Part shown: positions 1-12,594 of the stretch, in pieces
Numbering within the stretch: position 1 is the first letter of the stretch
Layout: the number at the start of each line of letters is the position of its first letter
Origin: Amoebophrya sp. A120
Lineage: Eukaryota; Protista; Dinoflagellata
Direction of reading: 5' to 3'
Assembly (NCBI GenBank): GCA_905178155.1
Contig: CAJINV010000004.1
Coordinates: forward strand, 11,271,886-11,335,885
DNA length: 64,000 nt
Notes under the pieces: model-generated
What the model saw: only the letters and a program-made list of their open reading frames with translations
Told to the model about the DNA's origin: nothing
Databases searched by the model: none
Program-made: the position numbers and the translations under genes

Positions 1-473
1 ACTATGCTGTGCAAAAATATCTTCGTGCTGGTCGTACTAAAAATTGCAGTGCAGCAAATAAGTTGGAACTAGAACCCTAAATCCCTAAAACTCTGAAACC
101 CATCGTCGCTGCGATCCGGGCCGGTAGGCGGGAAGAAGATGTTACGTCGCCGGAGCCGTGGGTGGTCGGAACAGTATAAGACCTGGGCTCGTACTCGTAC
201 TATCTAATAAATTCAGCATTACAGATCCAATTTCCTCTCAAATTTTCCTTTTGCAAAACCATTCAGGCCTTTGGCTTTTTGCACATGCAATTTCCAGTAC
301 TGGTACGATAATTTTGCAATGCATATCAGACCGTGTTCCTCGATCTCCGTCGGGCGATCAAAGGCGTGAAAAATAGCAAGCGACACGTACCCAACCAGAA
401 CGATGACAACCGCAAGCGCGCGGAGGTACGGAGAACAGACGTAGCGTGCAAGCAGGTCGCGAACTTTTGACAT
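1..473 (-). CDS. 5' exon of a membrane protein running off the window; N-terminal TM helix then DRPTEIEEHGL, loosely like the GPI transamidase GAA1/GPAA1 N-terminus
   Basis: ORF 219..473: hydrophobic LRALAVVIVLVGYVSLAIF followed by a segment resembling the GAA1 'TYxSENAL' motif. Frame is interrupted at 325 by a TIR end. Confidence 0.3.
3..325. mobile_element. Probable TIR introner (tatgca-type family)
   Basis: Left tatgctgtgcaaaaatatc at 3; right end reverse-complements to tatgcattgcaaaattatc. Left flank is cut by the window edge, so the TSD cannot be checked. Confidence 0.4.
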
Positions 474-1361
474 TTTATTTTGTGGTAGCGGTAATAAATA
501 AGTCGGAACAATTTTGAACTACTTCTCTACTAGTGCGATAATGTCGCTAATCTTGCTTGTAATATCCACGGCGGTGTGGGAATATGCTTCGGTCGTTCTC
601 CTCGCCATAGATATCCACCTGAAAGATCATCGCCCTCTTTTTTTCTGTAAAAACAAAAGCAAAATCCTCGCCCCCCAACGTTTGTTTTTCCAGAGATAGG
701 CAGAACGCACCACGTATCTGTTCTTATACCTCCGGAAAGTGTAATTTCGGCCAGGACCATGCGCCACACGACCGAATCAATTAGAAAGTAAGTACAGAAG
801 AAACACCTTGATGTTTTTCATACATCCGAAAACGTGAACGATGATCGGGTCGAAGACATCGATGGATGAAAAGCAACACGACCGCATCGTCCTACTGGAT
901 AGTATCTAAGACGAACCAACGCTATTCTACTTCATACCCTATCTGATCCAAACTACTGCGGCGCAACACGATCATGACTGGGCTCTATGAGAATTCTAAT
1001 GTGTTCTTGAACGCCGACCAAAATTAGAACGCAGCTTCATACTGAAATCCGTGCCACGCACAAAATTGTCTGCTTTATGCGCAAACAGCGGAAGGGCGAG
1101 CTGTGGCCTCCTGCACGCTTCGAGCCGGCCCTTCACGGTTATTGTGTGAAAAAAAGAACTCTGCGCGGGAAAGCTCTATGAGAGCAAGAACTGTAACTTA
1201 GATTGTCCGCCTGAAGATCCATATGAAATATATCATCTGACCGACCAAGTCGGTGACTCCCTATACAAAAAGAGAGTTGTCGAGCTAGCGAGCTGTGCTT
1301 TGGCTTTTTTCGGTTCTCTTCACTCTCACACCTCCCAAAGAACTAGACGACCAATTCACAG

Positions 1362-4300
1362 TCATTCTTTGCCATTCGCCGCGGCCTGCTCCTCCTCGGC
1401 TAGCAAATCTCGGATTTGCGGTCCGCCACGCACCGCCGTCCCAGCGCCGTTGCCCGCACTCGTGCCCGTGGATTTACTCCTTGCTGCGGCAGCATCTTTC
1501 GCAGGGTCCACTGGTTGCGCTTCCCCAACAGTCGCCTCTTGCCCGCTGGCTTGCGCTTCGGTCCAGAAGGAGTCAATGCTGTGCAATGACTCCGAAACTA
1601 CATCCACGGCGAGCACGACTGGACACACGTCCGGCTGGATCGGCAGCGTGTTCGTTCGCGCGACTTCTTCCTGCTGCGCCTTATCCAGCCCGTAGGCGAA
1701 GTTCTGGCCCTTCTTCTCAAAACCAAGGAGCAACAGAATTTCGGAGGCCGCGATCTTGTTGCCCAATCGCTCCTTGAACCGGCTGGAGGCCGTGTTCACC
1801 TGTTGTTTTTTCAACTTTTTTTTGCGAAAAGGAAAATAAATCACTCGTTCACAACAACGCAACAATCGTGAATTCTTGGTGTTGGTCTGCGAGGTGGACG
1901 GTGTATAAAATAAGTACCACCCTTTCAAGAAAACTGCGAGATCTTTCTCTTTTTCAGAGACTACAGGTTCAGGTAGCGAAATCTTTTCCACATAGTACCT
2001 TTCTGTATTTGTCCTGCCCCGGGTGTTTCCGCAGGTTCTCCATCACTAGATACAGTATGCACTGGTAATGTAGTACAACTCGCCGCAAACGTACAAGCGC
2101 AATTACGAATGACGTCGACTACGCATGACCACAACACTCCTGATCTACATCTACCAACCTTTATGTTAGTTTATTTTTCATTTAGATCTCATGACCTAGG
2201 TCGTAGGCTCCGGAATTTGCAAAATGCAAGTTCGTCCGTTTGTACGTGAACGGCAAGGGTAATTGAATTCTGAGTTTGTATTGCATAGACAGCATGTTGA
2301 GCGTCTTCGAGGCGTCCTGCTTGGTTTCGCAGGCTTTCACCAGCTTCAGGAGCAGCCGCTTCATCTCCCCCTTCCACTTTGTGATATCCTCCGCTGGTAG
2401 GTCCAGTCCGGGTTTACTGCTGGTTGCTGGCGCCGCACTTTCTTCACTCGTCTTCCCATCCTTTTCGTTGCCGGACCCCGGTGTTGCAATCGAGGTGGTT
2501 TTCACTGCCGCCGGTGTGCTTGTGCTGCTGCTCGACGCGGGCTGCTGTTCCTTCAGGTGACTAACTGCCGCGGGCATGGGATCCCAGAAAAAAAAGTGTC
2601 TCAGTCCCAAACCTTTGCAGACGTAGCCTGCTCAGCAATAACACAAATTCGCTCAGCATGAAACACCGAATCTGTTATGCAGCTTCAGACGCGAACGAAA
2701 ATCCGTACAAAAGGTAAGTACCCTACACTTCTTGCCTATCAAGCATGAGAAAAATAGCAAAACTGTCTCGAGGAGTTTCAGTGCTGTAAGTAACCAGTTG
2801 AGACTGAGATAGTGTTTTTTCTTGCGGTACGTGGTTGGGTCTCCTGGGGCCTGCTGCGCGACGTCGGTGGCGTGTGACGGCGTGGCGCTCGGCGTCTGCA
2901 AAAATACAGAATTTGTTTTGTTTAGAAAGTACAACAGCCGACTGATGGTAAAGGTAATTCATGCAGATGATCCACTTCACTATATCCTTCCACGTTGCAA
3001 CGCACTAGGACACAAAACACAACAAGCACACTTCTACACACAACCCATACAGAGACGTGTACAAACCCAAACTATGTTTTGCTCGAATACGTCAAAGCGC
3101 TTGGCCATGAGGCTGGCGTTGGTATCCAGCTTTGCTGCTACCACTTCCGCAAGCCGTTCGACGTCCAGCTTTGCAACGACGGAGTCGGCGATCTTTTCGC
3201 TTTGAAGTGGGTCGTCCTTGTTACCAACCTTGCTGCTTGCCGTTGCGGTACTCTGCAGCTGTTGCGTCTTTTCCATCAATTGCGATGTGTGCAGCGCAAA
3301 AGTGAGAGTGACGAAGCGTAGTACAAATTGCACCACGAGTAGTCTTCCCAACAACTCGGAAAAACCCTATTGATTGGACATTCTAATACTGAATAGAACA
3401 GGGAAAGATAGAGAGATAAGAATTCGCACAACATCATGCAGTCTATGCAATTCTGTTATGGTATGACAAGTACACGATACTACTTTTGCACAGGATACGA
3501 CATGGTCTGCATCAATTGCCCATTTTGTCGCGCCAGGTCTTCCTGCAACTCCCTGTTGCTTTGCTTCAATTCCTCGACAACTCCCTTCAGCTGGGAAATC
3601 TCGTCGGCCTGCTTATCCATCGTCTGTTTGACGAGCAAGCCCGCGCCGCCCTGCTCGAAGTCGGCTCCTTCGAGGCCGCTCTCCAAGGGGGAGGGGCCTA
3701 TGAGTTTTGGTTGTTTGACACGAATCGAGCAAAACTAAGGCAGCATTCATCAAAACCATCTTCTGAATCTAAAAATGGGATGACAATTCATTACATTGGG
3801 ACCGGCGTCGGAGCCCGAGTGGGACATTGTACACTCAATAAATTTCATGTGGTACCGATCCCGAGTGAGACGCCGGTTCGTTCCTGAATCCAGGTTTCGT
3901 TTTTCTGGAGCCAGCGGTACGCCAGGGCCCCGATGCTCAACGTATCGCGAGGAAGAAAGCTGCGACCACAGCAACGTACTAATGCAATGCCAACACGACA
4001 AATGAGAAAAGAAATATCGAATTTCACGCGGACGAAGCCATGCATGATAAGTTTAAGTACGATCTTGTTTAATAAAGAACTCTAACGCAAGAAAGGCTTT
4101 GCTATCGTTGTGCTTGTTTTTTCATTGTTTGGTGGCATGCGAGCTTTTTCCTCTGGTGTAAAATGCGCCCGAAACTTGGAGAAAAGTGCGGAGGACGCTG
4201 GAGTCTGGAGATGCCATTTAGGTATATGCGATGTGATGTTTTTCTCTTGTAGCACCACAGGCGACGGACAATGAAATTAGAATCTTCGTATATTCGTCTC

Positions 4301-5265
4301 TACACTGAGCCCCTGAGTCTGACTTTTTTCATCTCACCCGCAAAACAATCCATCTTACCATCGTTGTCCTGGTACAGATACGCAGGCGGAGGGTACACGA
4401 CTTTCGGATTCGAACTAGAACTGGCCGACGCGCCCCCCGGCGCGGTCGGGGCCCCCGCTGCCCCCGTCCAGGTGCCTACCCTGCCGAGGGCCTCCGTGAT
4501 CTCCTCTTCGGTGAGACCCTTCTGCAGGAGAAAGGTGCGTTTTTGGCTCTCCGACGCGGTCTTGCGGACAGTGTCATGATTGAGGAAAGTTAGCGCCTGC
4601 TTGACCATATCCTCCCGCACCGGAAGTTTGGCTTGCGCATTTGGTGCCGTTCCCGGTGCCATGCCGGGCTGTTGCTGCATGTACGGATTGTTCGCGTCGC
4701 TGGCTCCGGAACCGCCCACACCGCCATTCTGCATCACGCCACTGTGTCAATTTTTCGGGAGTGTTCTTGTGTACGAAAAATCGAAACGAAGTAGACAGAC
4801 TAAACGTAAACCTATGAATGGAGAGCAACTTATGTTAATTATGCACTCACTGTACAGTTTGACTTGTTTGACCTCCAAATCATTGTCATCACAGTAAATG
4901 AAATAAAGGGTTCTAAAGGCGACGACGACAGCGACTCGGCAAAAAATACAAAATCAAAAGCTTGAAAATCTTTCTTCGCACCTGTTCCCGGCAATGCCGT
5001 ATGGGTTTCCGCCGTATCCGTACATTGTTGGCGCAGGTGGTGCACCTCCGCCACCGCGCTGCGGCTGCGCTGCTCCGGGAGCCGCCCCTTCCGGATTATA
5101 GTTACTATCCGTCGGAGCAGCTGGGCTTTGTTGCGATGTTGACGTCGAGGAGGCGCTACTGGTGCCACCACCTGCTGCACTGCCACCCACGCCCGTAGCT
5201 CCGTGCTGCGGTGGAACGTCCGGCGGCTTTGCGGGATCGTCGCCACTGCCGCTAGACGAGGACAT
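1362..5265 (-). CDS. PEX14: Peroxin-14 (Pex14 N-terminal domain, TM segment, coiled coil) apparently continuing into a PUB-like domain; multi-exon
   Basis: VREDMVKQALTFLNHDTVRKTASESQKRTFLLQKGLTEEEITEAL (about 4490-4620) is a Pex14_N signature. Exon 4982-5265 joins by a GT-AG intron. Downstream exons give SIGALAYRW, a coiled coil (QADEISQLKGVVEELKQSNRELQEDL) and VMENLRKHPGQDKYRK|VNTASSRFKERLG...LLLLGF (PUB-like). One junction near 4230-4370 is unresolved. Confidence 0.75.
2056..2287. mobile_element. Introner, degenerate (tatgca...tgcata)
   Basis: Flanks tacag/gacag. Removal joins TLNML to (Y/S)LVMENLRKHP in frame. Confidence 0.7.
2580..2829. mobile_element. Introner, degenerate
   Basis: TIR gatcccagaaaaaaaagtgtctcagtc / gactgagatagtgttttttcttgcggta; flanks catgg/cgtgg. 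Removal gives GDPT(T/M)PAAVSHLK in frame. Confidence 0.6.
3288..3497. mobile_element. Introner, highly degenerate
   Basis: Ends tgtgcagcgcaaaagtg / tacttttgcacaggata; flanks cgatg/cgaca. Removal gives QTMSQLMEKTQQ. Confidence 0.5.
3943..4160. mobile_element. Introner, degenerate (tatcgcg..gaagaaagc family)
   Basis: Left tatcgcgaggaagaaagct, right agctttttcctctggtgta; flanks caacg/aaatg. Removal gives FLQVSGA(L/F)SIGALAYRW. Confidence 0.5.
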
Positions 5266-6093
5266 CTACGTAAAAATGCTGCGGAATGTTGAAACGTCGT
5301 CCATAGCGAACATGCATCGAAGCAACAGTTTTGCCGATGTAGAAAGAACAAACCCAGCGGCCTCCTGCAGTAGCGCTATATTGTTCTGCTGGTGGCACTT
5401 CTACTTGTTCCTATTCATATTCAGTACAGAAGGCTGCAACAATCAGATACAGATTTTTGTCCACACTGACATTGACATTTCTTTAGTTCTGTCCGACTGA
5501 GGAAACGCAAGGCCAAAGCTATCTCCATCAAGAAAGAGCACGCCGTGGTCGTACTAAGTACGACCACGCACCGGGTTACGTGACAAAAAAAGTTCGAGTA
5601 TCCGGATCCGCAGTCGCGCGCCGCTTTTTTTCCGAACAATTCAACGACCTTGTTGCATGTCAGTGTTTCAGAAAGTAAATATCTGTGCATGTGTTGTATT
5701 CATTTTTACACGAGACGGAGAAGATTAGTGCAACAAAGTACGCATCGGGATCTCTGATTGTGCGGACCGCACTGGGTCACTTCCATGGAACAAATGTGTA
5801 GAAGAGCAAGAGGATCATCTCTGGCAGAACGACGAAGAGCGACGTTACTCATTCAGCAGCAAACACAGTGACGCTTTGGAACCCTCGAAGCGGAGCCGAA
5901 CACTCGTGACTGTTCCATTTCTGCGAAGAAATGTAGTAACCCGCTGGGCACCAGCAAGTGTGGTAGATTTATTGGCTTTATCTCAACTTGCCCTCACGTT
6001 CACAACACAACCTCGTTTACCTTTAGAGTGACCTCACAGCGAGGAACTTTTAATACCTCGTCTCTGCGAACCTTTTCTTCCAGAGAAAAAAAC

Positions 6094-9000
6094 TCACTCT
6101 CGATAGCTCCCTCCGGTATCGGCCGTCTTGTCAACGTCCGGGCTCCGGCGCTGCGTCGCTGGAGCCGTTTCCCCCGTCCCCGAGTTGTTCATCCGGCTGC
6201 CCTTGCGCGGTCCTTTCGGGGCCTGCTTGCCCTCCGGTCCAGGGGCGGGCCCCTTGCGTGGCGTCGCACCGGGAACCGGCGGGCCTTTGTACCACTGTTT
6301 GCCGCCACCTGCAGGGGAAGGGGAGGGAAGATGTTGTGCTGCACCTCCAGTTTGCGCCGTTACTCGCCTTGTAGTTTCTTCTACTCCTGTTGAAGTTGTC
6401 CTCGGTACAAAATCTTCTTCTATTGCAGGAGCTTGCAGCTGCGCACCTTGCTTCCCCAAGCCCCCCGACCCGGAAAAAAGCGGCGGACCTTTGAAATAGC
6501 CCGTCCAGGCCACGCCAGGCGGAGACTCCCCGGTTGCCCCGAAGCTGCGGTTGTCCGCGTTCTCTACTTCAGGAACAGCACTTGTCGCATCACCTCCTTT
6601 GGGTTTACTTCCGGGGACGGCGGGCGGCGCCGGCTTTTTGGTCGGGGACTTTCCTTTGCCCATCAGTGAAACAGCTAACTCTGGTTCAAGAGGTGAAGTT
6701 GTAGGGGGGACCGATAAAGAACCTCCCTTCGCCGGCACCGGGGGCGCGGCTAGGACGCCCTTCGATGGAACAGGGGGAGCGCTGCCCTTCCCAACCTGGC
6801 CTGGAGAACCTTTTGTCACAGGTACAGCGGACGAAGCAGGAGCTCCTTTATTTCCTGTCAACGGTACTGGGGGCACGCCTCCCTTCGGGGACGAGGGTCC
6901 AACCGGGGGTGCGGGTGCGGCACCCTTTACCGGGACCGGAACGGGCGGGGCTCCTTTTCCAGGCGCAGGAGGTACTGCAGGAATCCCTGCTTTCGTAGAC
7001 GGAACTGCAGGAGCGACACCTTTCGCCGGTGGAACCGCGGGCACGCCTTTCGCTGCTGCTATATCAGGCACCCCTTTTGCGGACGGGACTGCAGGCGGAG
7101 CGCCTTTGTTCACTGACGGGACCGCAGGCGGTGGAGCGCCTTTGTCTAGAAAAACGGCAGGTGGAGCGCCGCCCTTCCCCGATGGAACTGCCGGTGGGCC
7201 GCCTTTCCCCGCTGGGACTGCGGGAGCGCCTTTCACTGGGGGAACCGCAGGAGCGCCTTTGACTGATGGAACTGCCGGCGCGCCTTTGACTGAAGGAACT
7301 GGAGGTGGAGCGCCCTTCCCCGATGGAACCGGTGGCGGAGCACCCTTCCCCGCTGGAACTGCAGGTGCGCCCTTCCCAAATGGAACTGCAGGTGGAGCAC
7401 CCTTCCCCGCTGGAACCGCAGGACCGCCCTTCACTGGCGGAACCGCCGGTGCGCCGTTGACTGAAGGAACTGCAGGTGGAGCGCTCTTCCCCGATGGAAC
7501 TGCAGGTGGAGCGCCCTTCCCCGATGGAACTGCAGGTGGAGCGCCCTTCCCCGATGGAACTGCAGGTGCAGCGCCCTTCCCCGCTGGAACTGCAGGTGGA
7601 GCGCCCTTCCCAAATGGAACTGCAGGTGCACCTTTCCCCGATGGAACTGCGGGCGCGCCTTTCGCTCGTGACGGAACAGCAGGCGCGCCTTTTCCTGATG
7701 GCACTGCGGGTGCGCCTTTTCCCGATGGAACTACTGGAGCGCCTTTCCCCGATGGAACTGCAGGCGCGCCCTTTCCAGATGGAACCGCAGGAGCGCCTCC
7801 TTTCCCCGCGGGTGCTCCCTTTCCGGCGGGCACCGCAGCTCCCTTCCCGGCCGGCTTACCTGGCCCGTCCAGCGCAAGACTGAGCGCCGCCGCCTTCGCC
7901 TTCTCCTGCTCCACCGTGTAGCCAAACTCGTATTCGGAGTCCCGGCCCGGCCGCCGCGCCGGCGCGCCCCTCTCTGCCGCCAGCCGCAGCTCGCGCCCGG
8001 CCTCCGCGGCCTGCCGCACCTGGTCGATTACGTCCATGGCCGGCGCCACGTAGAAAAAGTCCAGCGCCGGCGACCGCCCGTCGGCACTTAGCAGCTCCAG
8101 CAGGGAGCTGTGCCGCTCCTGCACGCGCTTCAAGCGGCGATGATACGAGGGGGAGGCAGGTGGGTGTTCTTCAACACCCCGTCGGGCCGCGGGCTTATCT
8201 TCTTTACTTTGCTCCTGTTGTATTCCTCCGTCGCGGGAAACGGACACCAGACCCTCCTCGAAGTCAAATTTTCCAGCCAAGATACGCCCCATTGCGGATG
8301 ACTCGGTAAAATATTTCCGTCCGGGCACGACCACGTCGACATCGACGGAACCAACGGCGCCCAGAGCAGCTTCGCTAGTAGTTCCACCAACGCTTCGTGG
8401 CTCGGATTTGGAGCGCGTGAAGCTTTTTCCCGGTCGTGGTCCACGTCGTGCGCCGGCTTGCTCATGAAGGGCGTGGTCCAGAGCTTGATGCAGCTGCACA
8501 TTCTCCACTTTATTCTTGTCTCCGAGTTCTAGTGTTTCCCCGCGCGCAGCAAGAACAGGCCGTGCAACACTCTCCACTGTCGTAGGAGAACTCCAACTAT
8601 CTGGAGTTTTACTATCGCCTGCGCCTATGAAGTTTTGTCGCCGCTCCCGCACGCTCAAAGCCCGCGGTTGCGGGAGCGCGCGCTGGAACCGGGACAGGTC
8701 TACAACCGTCGTAGATCCACTTGTGCCAAGATCCTCGACCGGGCGGCGTGCAAGTATTTCAAGTGGCCGCGGTAGCTGCTGTACATCGAGATCATCTTCG
8801 TCGTCATCTTGATCTTGCTCTTTCCCTCCTCTAGAAGTACTCTCTTGCAGTTGTCCTCTCGTGCTTGCGCCGCAGGCTCCTTGCGTCGTTGAGCCTCCGC
8901 CCGGTCGCTGCAGCACACTCCGGTCCCCCCGGTCGGCGGTGAGGTCGAGCGAAAACATAGGTGGCTCCGCGGGCGATGAATCGGAGGGATCTAGCCTCTG

Positions 9001-10194
9001 GAGCGAAAAGAACTCCGACCGCCGCTGGTTTAGTTCTAGCTGGAACTCTTGCACCATTCGTTCCAGTCTGGCAACATGCTCCCGCGCGGCGGCGTCAAGA
9101 AACGAAGAGGACTTAATGTTGTTCTCGTCCTCGTCGGCTGCTTTTGCAGTTGTAGTTGTGGTTGTTGTGGCAGTTTTATTTCTTGATGGATCCACCAGTT
9201 CCAGTTCTAATCGTATTGCGTCACTGCCCTTGTCTTCACCGCTTGTTTTCGGCTTCGCATCATGCTGCTGCCTTCCCGTCTGGTGTAGCTCTACTCTCTG
9301 TCTCGCGAACACCAGGTCAGCAATACGCTGGACGAAGCCGTTGTCCGCCGCCAGCTGTTCTTGCAGGTTTCTAGTTTGTTGATCGTGTGTTGCCGTCCCT
9401 GCACTACTCCCATGTTGGGCTGCGGTCGTGACAAGTTGTGTAGTTCTCACTGTAGCACCAGCTCCACTGCTGTGCTGCTGCGCGACAAATCGTTGCAACA
9501 ATTTTCTCAACGGGTCTTGGATGCGGGCTTGTGCCACAGCGAGCGTGTTGAACAGCGCGCTCAGTTTCTCCTCTTCTCGTGCTGTGAAGGCGGCTGGAGC
9601 TGCACTTTCGTCCGCAATGAAAGAGGAAGTACTTCTGTTTGAGGTCTTTATTTCATTTTCGTGTTCCCTTTGCACTCCATTTCGATTTCCATCACCCCTC
9701 GCCGTCGTTGTTCTAGTGTGCATCACATACGCCGCTTGCGAGTACAGTTTCAGGAGCTGCGCGTACCCAGTCAGCAGCTGAAACCCCTCGTCTGCAACAA
9801 GCAGGTGGTCCTCTGTTCTTGGCCGCGGCGCACCACCAAGAGCGCTGGCTGGTGAATGTTCCGGCGACGTCTGACGCAGAGCTGCATCCGTACTTCTGTC
9901 GGCTTCCTGCAGTTCTCGAGTTACTACCTCCTCGTGGTTTATCGAGCTTATTTTGCTCTGATGAGCACCACCACGCAGTTCTGCTTCTGGTTCTTCCTTG
10001 CCGTCCTGCAGCGAATGCCTCGTTGCAGCGGACGTTGCGCTTTCTGGTTTCAGATATGATGTCCTACTTCCGTGTTGCTGATCCACATCTTCGTCAAGAA
10101 GCTCGCGATCTGCTTGCGCCACGTCACTCATACGAACCAAAGAGTCGGCACGACCCGCCGCCTGACCATTTTCTTCTTCCTCGTTTCCTGACAT
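6094..10194 (-). CDS. Large low-complexity protein with coiled-coil patches and a long (G)KG(A)P(P)AVP repeat tract; may continue in exons below 6094
   Basis: 1366-aa ORF. Proline-rich repeat superficially like a formin FH1 region; no FH2 domain seen. Confidence 0.75.
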   Translation of the reverse strand: MSGNEEEENGQAAGRADSLVRMSDVAQADRELLDEDVDQQHGSRTSYLKPESATSAATRHSLQDGKEEPEAELRGGAHQSKISSINHEEVVTRELQEADRSTDAALRQTSPEHSPASALGGAPRPRTEDHLLVADEGFQLLTGYAQLLKLYSQAAYVMHTRTTTARGDGNRNGVQREHENEIKTSNRSTSSFIADESAAPAAFTAREEEKLSALFNTLAVAQARIQDPLRKLLQRFVAQQHSSGAGATVRTTQLVTTAAQHGSSAGTATHDQQTRNLQEQLAADNGFVQRIADLVFARQRVELHQTGRQQHDAKPKTSGEDKGSDAIRLELELVDPSRNKTATTTTTTTAKAADEDENNIKSSSFLDAAAREHVARLERMVQEFQLELNQRRSEFFSLQRLDPSDSSPAEPPMFSLDLTADRGDRSVLQRPGGGSTTQGACGASTRGQLQESTSRGGKEQDQDDDEDDLDVQQLPRPLEILARRPVEDLGTSGSTTVVDLSRFQRALPQPRALSVRERRQNFIGAGDSKTPDSWSSPTTVESVARPVLAARGETLELGDKNKVENVQLHQALDHALHEQAGARRGPRPGKSFTRSKSEPRSVGGTTSEAALGAVGSVDVDVVVPGRKYFTESSAMGRILAGKFDFEEGLVSVSRDGGIQQEQSKEDKPAARRGVEEHPPASPSYHRRLKRVQERHSSLLELLSADGRSPALDFFYVAPAMDVIDQVRQAAEAGRELRLAAERGAPARRPGRDSEYEFGYTVEQEKAKAAALSLALDGPGKPAGKGAAVPAGKGAPAGKGGAPAVPSGKGAPAVPSGKGAPVVPSGKGAPAVPSGKGAPAVPSRAKGAPAVPSGKGAPAVPFGKGAPPAVPAGKGAAPAVPSGKGAPPAVPSGKGAPPAVPSGKSAPPAVPSVNGAPAVPPVKGGPAVPAGKGAPPAVPFGKGAPAVPAGKGAPPPVPSGKGAPPPVPSVKGAPAVPSVKGAPAVPPVKGAPAVPAGKGGPPAVPSGKGGAPPAVFLDKGAPPPAVPSVNKGAPPAVPSAKGVPDIAAAKGVPAVPPAKGVAPAVPSTKAGIPAVPPAPGKGAPPVPVPVKGAAPAPPVGPSSPKGGVPPVPLTGNKGAPASSAVPVTKGSPGQVGKGSAPPVPSKGVLAAPPVPAKGGSLSVPPTTSPLEPELAVSLMGKGKSPTKKPAPPAVPGSKPKGGDATSAVPEVENADNRSFGATGESPPGVAWTGYFKGPPLFSGSGGLGKQGAQLQAPAIEEDFVPRTTSTGVEETTRRVTAQTGGAAQHLPSPSPAGGGKQWYKGPPVPGATPRKGPAPGPEGKQAPKGPRKGSRMNNSGTGETAPATQRRSPDVDKTADTGGSYRE
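6780..7860 (-). repeat. Coding minisatellite, 27-33 bp unit (e.g. ggaactgcaggtggagcgcccttccccgat), more than 30 copies
   Basis: Directly visible tandem units encoding [10 protein letters not shown]-type repeats; most homogeneous at 7470-7630. Confidence 0.9.
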
Positions 10195-11153
10195 CTCAGG
10201 CGGTTAAGGATGTGAGCTCAGCGGTCTGTATAGGTTTCGTGTGCTGATGTTGTCGAGGAGTCAGTAAAAAACCAAGCCTTAAGAAAACCTCGAGTCCACC
10301 TCCAGTTATTATACTTGCTTAAGCATATAATGCCACGGTGGAAAGAGCTAGATCAATACTAATAAATAGCTGCTGCACCCACCACCGCTAGGGGACTGAC
10401 AAGACCCGAGCTTTATCTGCTGACAGCCAGCGGTGGTGGGTGCGAGGTCGAAACTTTACTTCGAAACGTGAAATAAACAAAACGATTGAGGGAAGGAAAA
10501 TCTTGAAGCTACGACTTCGATTGTTTCTACTTGAAGCGAGAACTACTAGTAGGGACAAACAAAACACAACCAAAAACAGATACACCTGTGTCACGAAATC
10601 GCAATCGAATGGAAAAAGATATAATCAAAGCAATGGACTTTCACTTGTAACAAGTGAACGTCGAGCAAGCCGCGAACAGCGAGCAGTAACGACTCAACAG
10701 CACGAAGGAGCAACGTGGACGACAGTTACACGCAGGACGACAGGACGCACGAGAATCACGAAGGAACGCAGCACGAAAAGCGAAAGGAGTTTTCCAGAAC
10801 GAGTCAGTACAGTGCCAAACAATGATCCTTGAACGACATTGCTAGAGCTGCATGATAAACAAGAAAAGCAGCAAACGGGTGGAAACCAACACAAAAAAAA
10901 AAATATGACCCGATGAAAACGACCGTACAAACAGAATGGCGTCAACCGCAGTGAACATGGTAGAACAAATGAGTAGTACGCGGTTTGGGTGAGCACCGGA
11001 ACTCAGAAAGTGTCTGAGCGTAGGCCTCATCGACTGTTTCGTGTTCATTCTTGTTTGCTGGATACATTGACTTTATCAGAGAGAGACTGAGACGGTTTCT
11101 TCGACTGCAAAAAACACAACATCATCATCAACAACGTTTCTTCTATGCTCCTT

Positions 11154-12594
11154 CTAGTAGCTCTGCGGCGCCCCCTGCACCCCACTGTCGCCGTCGTTTT
11201 CCTCCTCCTGCGCCTCCTCCATTTTTTCCTGCACGAAGCGCTTCGTCGCTTCCGCCTGTTCCCGCGCGTCCTGGAGCTGTTGTAGCTGGTCCGCGAGTTT
11301 CGCCGTGGACTTGGGCTTGTGCGGCACGATCTTGAAGGGCATCCTCGGCTTCATGACGGGCTTGGCAAAACTTTCCGGGCGGCCCTGCGCGCGCCGAATG
11401 TTTTCCAGAAAGGTGTGGTGCTCTTGCCGGAGCGAGGGCTTCGTGCTGGCCACGCGCGGGAGGGGCAAACCGCCGCCCACCAGTTTTGCCTCCTCCGCCT
11501 CGAGAAACCGCATGTCCGTCAGGTCCGGCTCGTTCGGCCGCAGCACGTCCGGCGACACCGCGGGTGCGCGGGGCCGAATGCCGTCGTCCGCATGCGGGTT
11601 CGCCTCCCGGTCCAGGGGGATAGGCTGGTTCCCCGGGTCGGCGTTGGGGTCCATGCCGTTCTGCGCCATGAAAGCGTCAATCTCTTCCTCCGTCCACTCC
11701 GCGTCCTTCGGTGGTGGCGGGGGCGGCGGCGGGGGCGGCGCTTGGTCCTCCTCCTCCTTTTTCCCCATCAGCTCTGCCTGCCCCTCCGGCGTCATCATTT
11801 TCTTCTGCTTCTCAAACTGCTCTTTCTGCTCCGGCGTCAGGTTCTTCTTCTCCTCTTCAATTTTTTCCTTCTGCTCGTCTGTCATATCCTCCTCGGCGCT
11901 CTCCATCTCCTCTTTCAGCAGCTTTCCGGGCGTGTAAGAGAGAAAAAAGCTAGCTAGAAGTCAACACGTTTGCCCTCCTAGGTACTGCTATCCTCTGTGT
12001 CTGTTGCAAACATGGGCGAGACTACTCATTCATCGTTGCAAAATAAACACATTTCAAATGCTAGCTTTTATTTTCTCGCGGATCATAAGTCGTTTCGTCC
12101 ACCGCATCATCGGGGCCAGCCTTCGTATCACTCGAGTTCTCGTCCGCAGTCTGCATTGTGTCGCTGTCCATGAACGCGGTAGACGACCGACTTCTTTTTG
12201 AAACTACCGACAAAAATATCTCGTTTTTTTTCGAGAAGTCGTTTAACTTGATTCGCACTCTGCTGCTGCTGCTGCTGTTTTTTTGCCCTGACAGGAGAGA
12301 CAGACTGTGGCTCGGCGCACCATGTAGTTCAGGAGGTTCTACTTCGCGTTGTACTAGCGTCTTCCAGTTGTCCCCGCCCAGTGGTTGCGACACGAAGAAC
12401 GTTCTTTTATTTCCGGGCGTCTTCCTCGAACATCCGACGAGGCTTTCGACGGCGAGGACGGCCCATGACTTCATCACCGAACCTGTCGCGGTCGTGGCCA
12501 GGGCGTCGACTGGGCTTCTGCTAGCATTTCCGCTCATTTTTTCCGCCCACCAGTGCTCCTGCTGTTCCATGACAGCTTTCATTCCGACTGGCAT
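11154..12594 (-). CDS. Hypothetical acidic/proline-rich protein, at least 2 exons
   Basis: ORFs 12061..12594 and 11154..11930 join in frame (DETTGKLLKEEMESAEED) when the 11933-12087 element is removed. Confidence 0.6.
11933..12087. mobile_element. Introner, degenerate
   Basis: Ends tgtaagagagaaaaaagctagc / gctagcttttattttctcgcggatcata; flanks gggcg/agtcg; frame restored on removal. Confidence 0.55.

Noticed and set aside
6551-7921. 456-aa plus-strand ORF (and similar ones at 11305, 20971, 57423)
   Set aside because: Antisense shadows of GC-rich or repetitive minus-strand coding sequence.
6094-10194. Formin
   Set aside because: The Pro-rich repeat resembles FH1, but no FH2 domain was found downstream.
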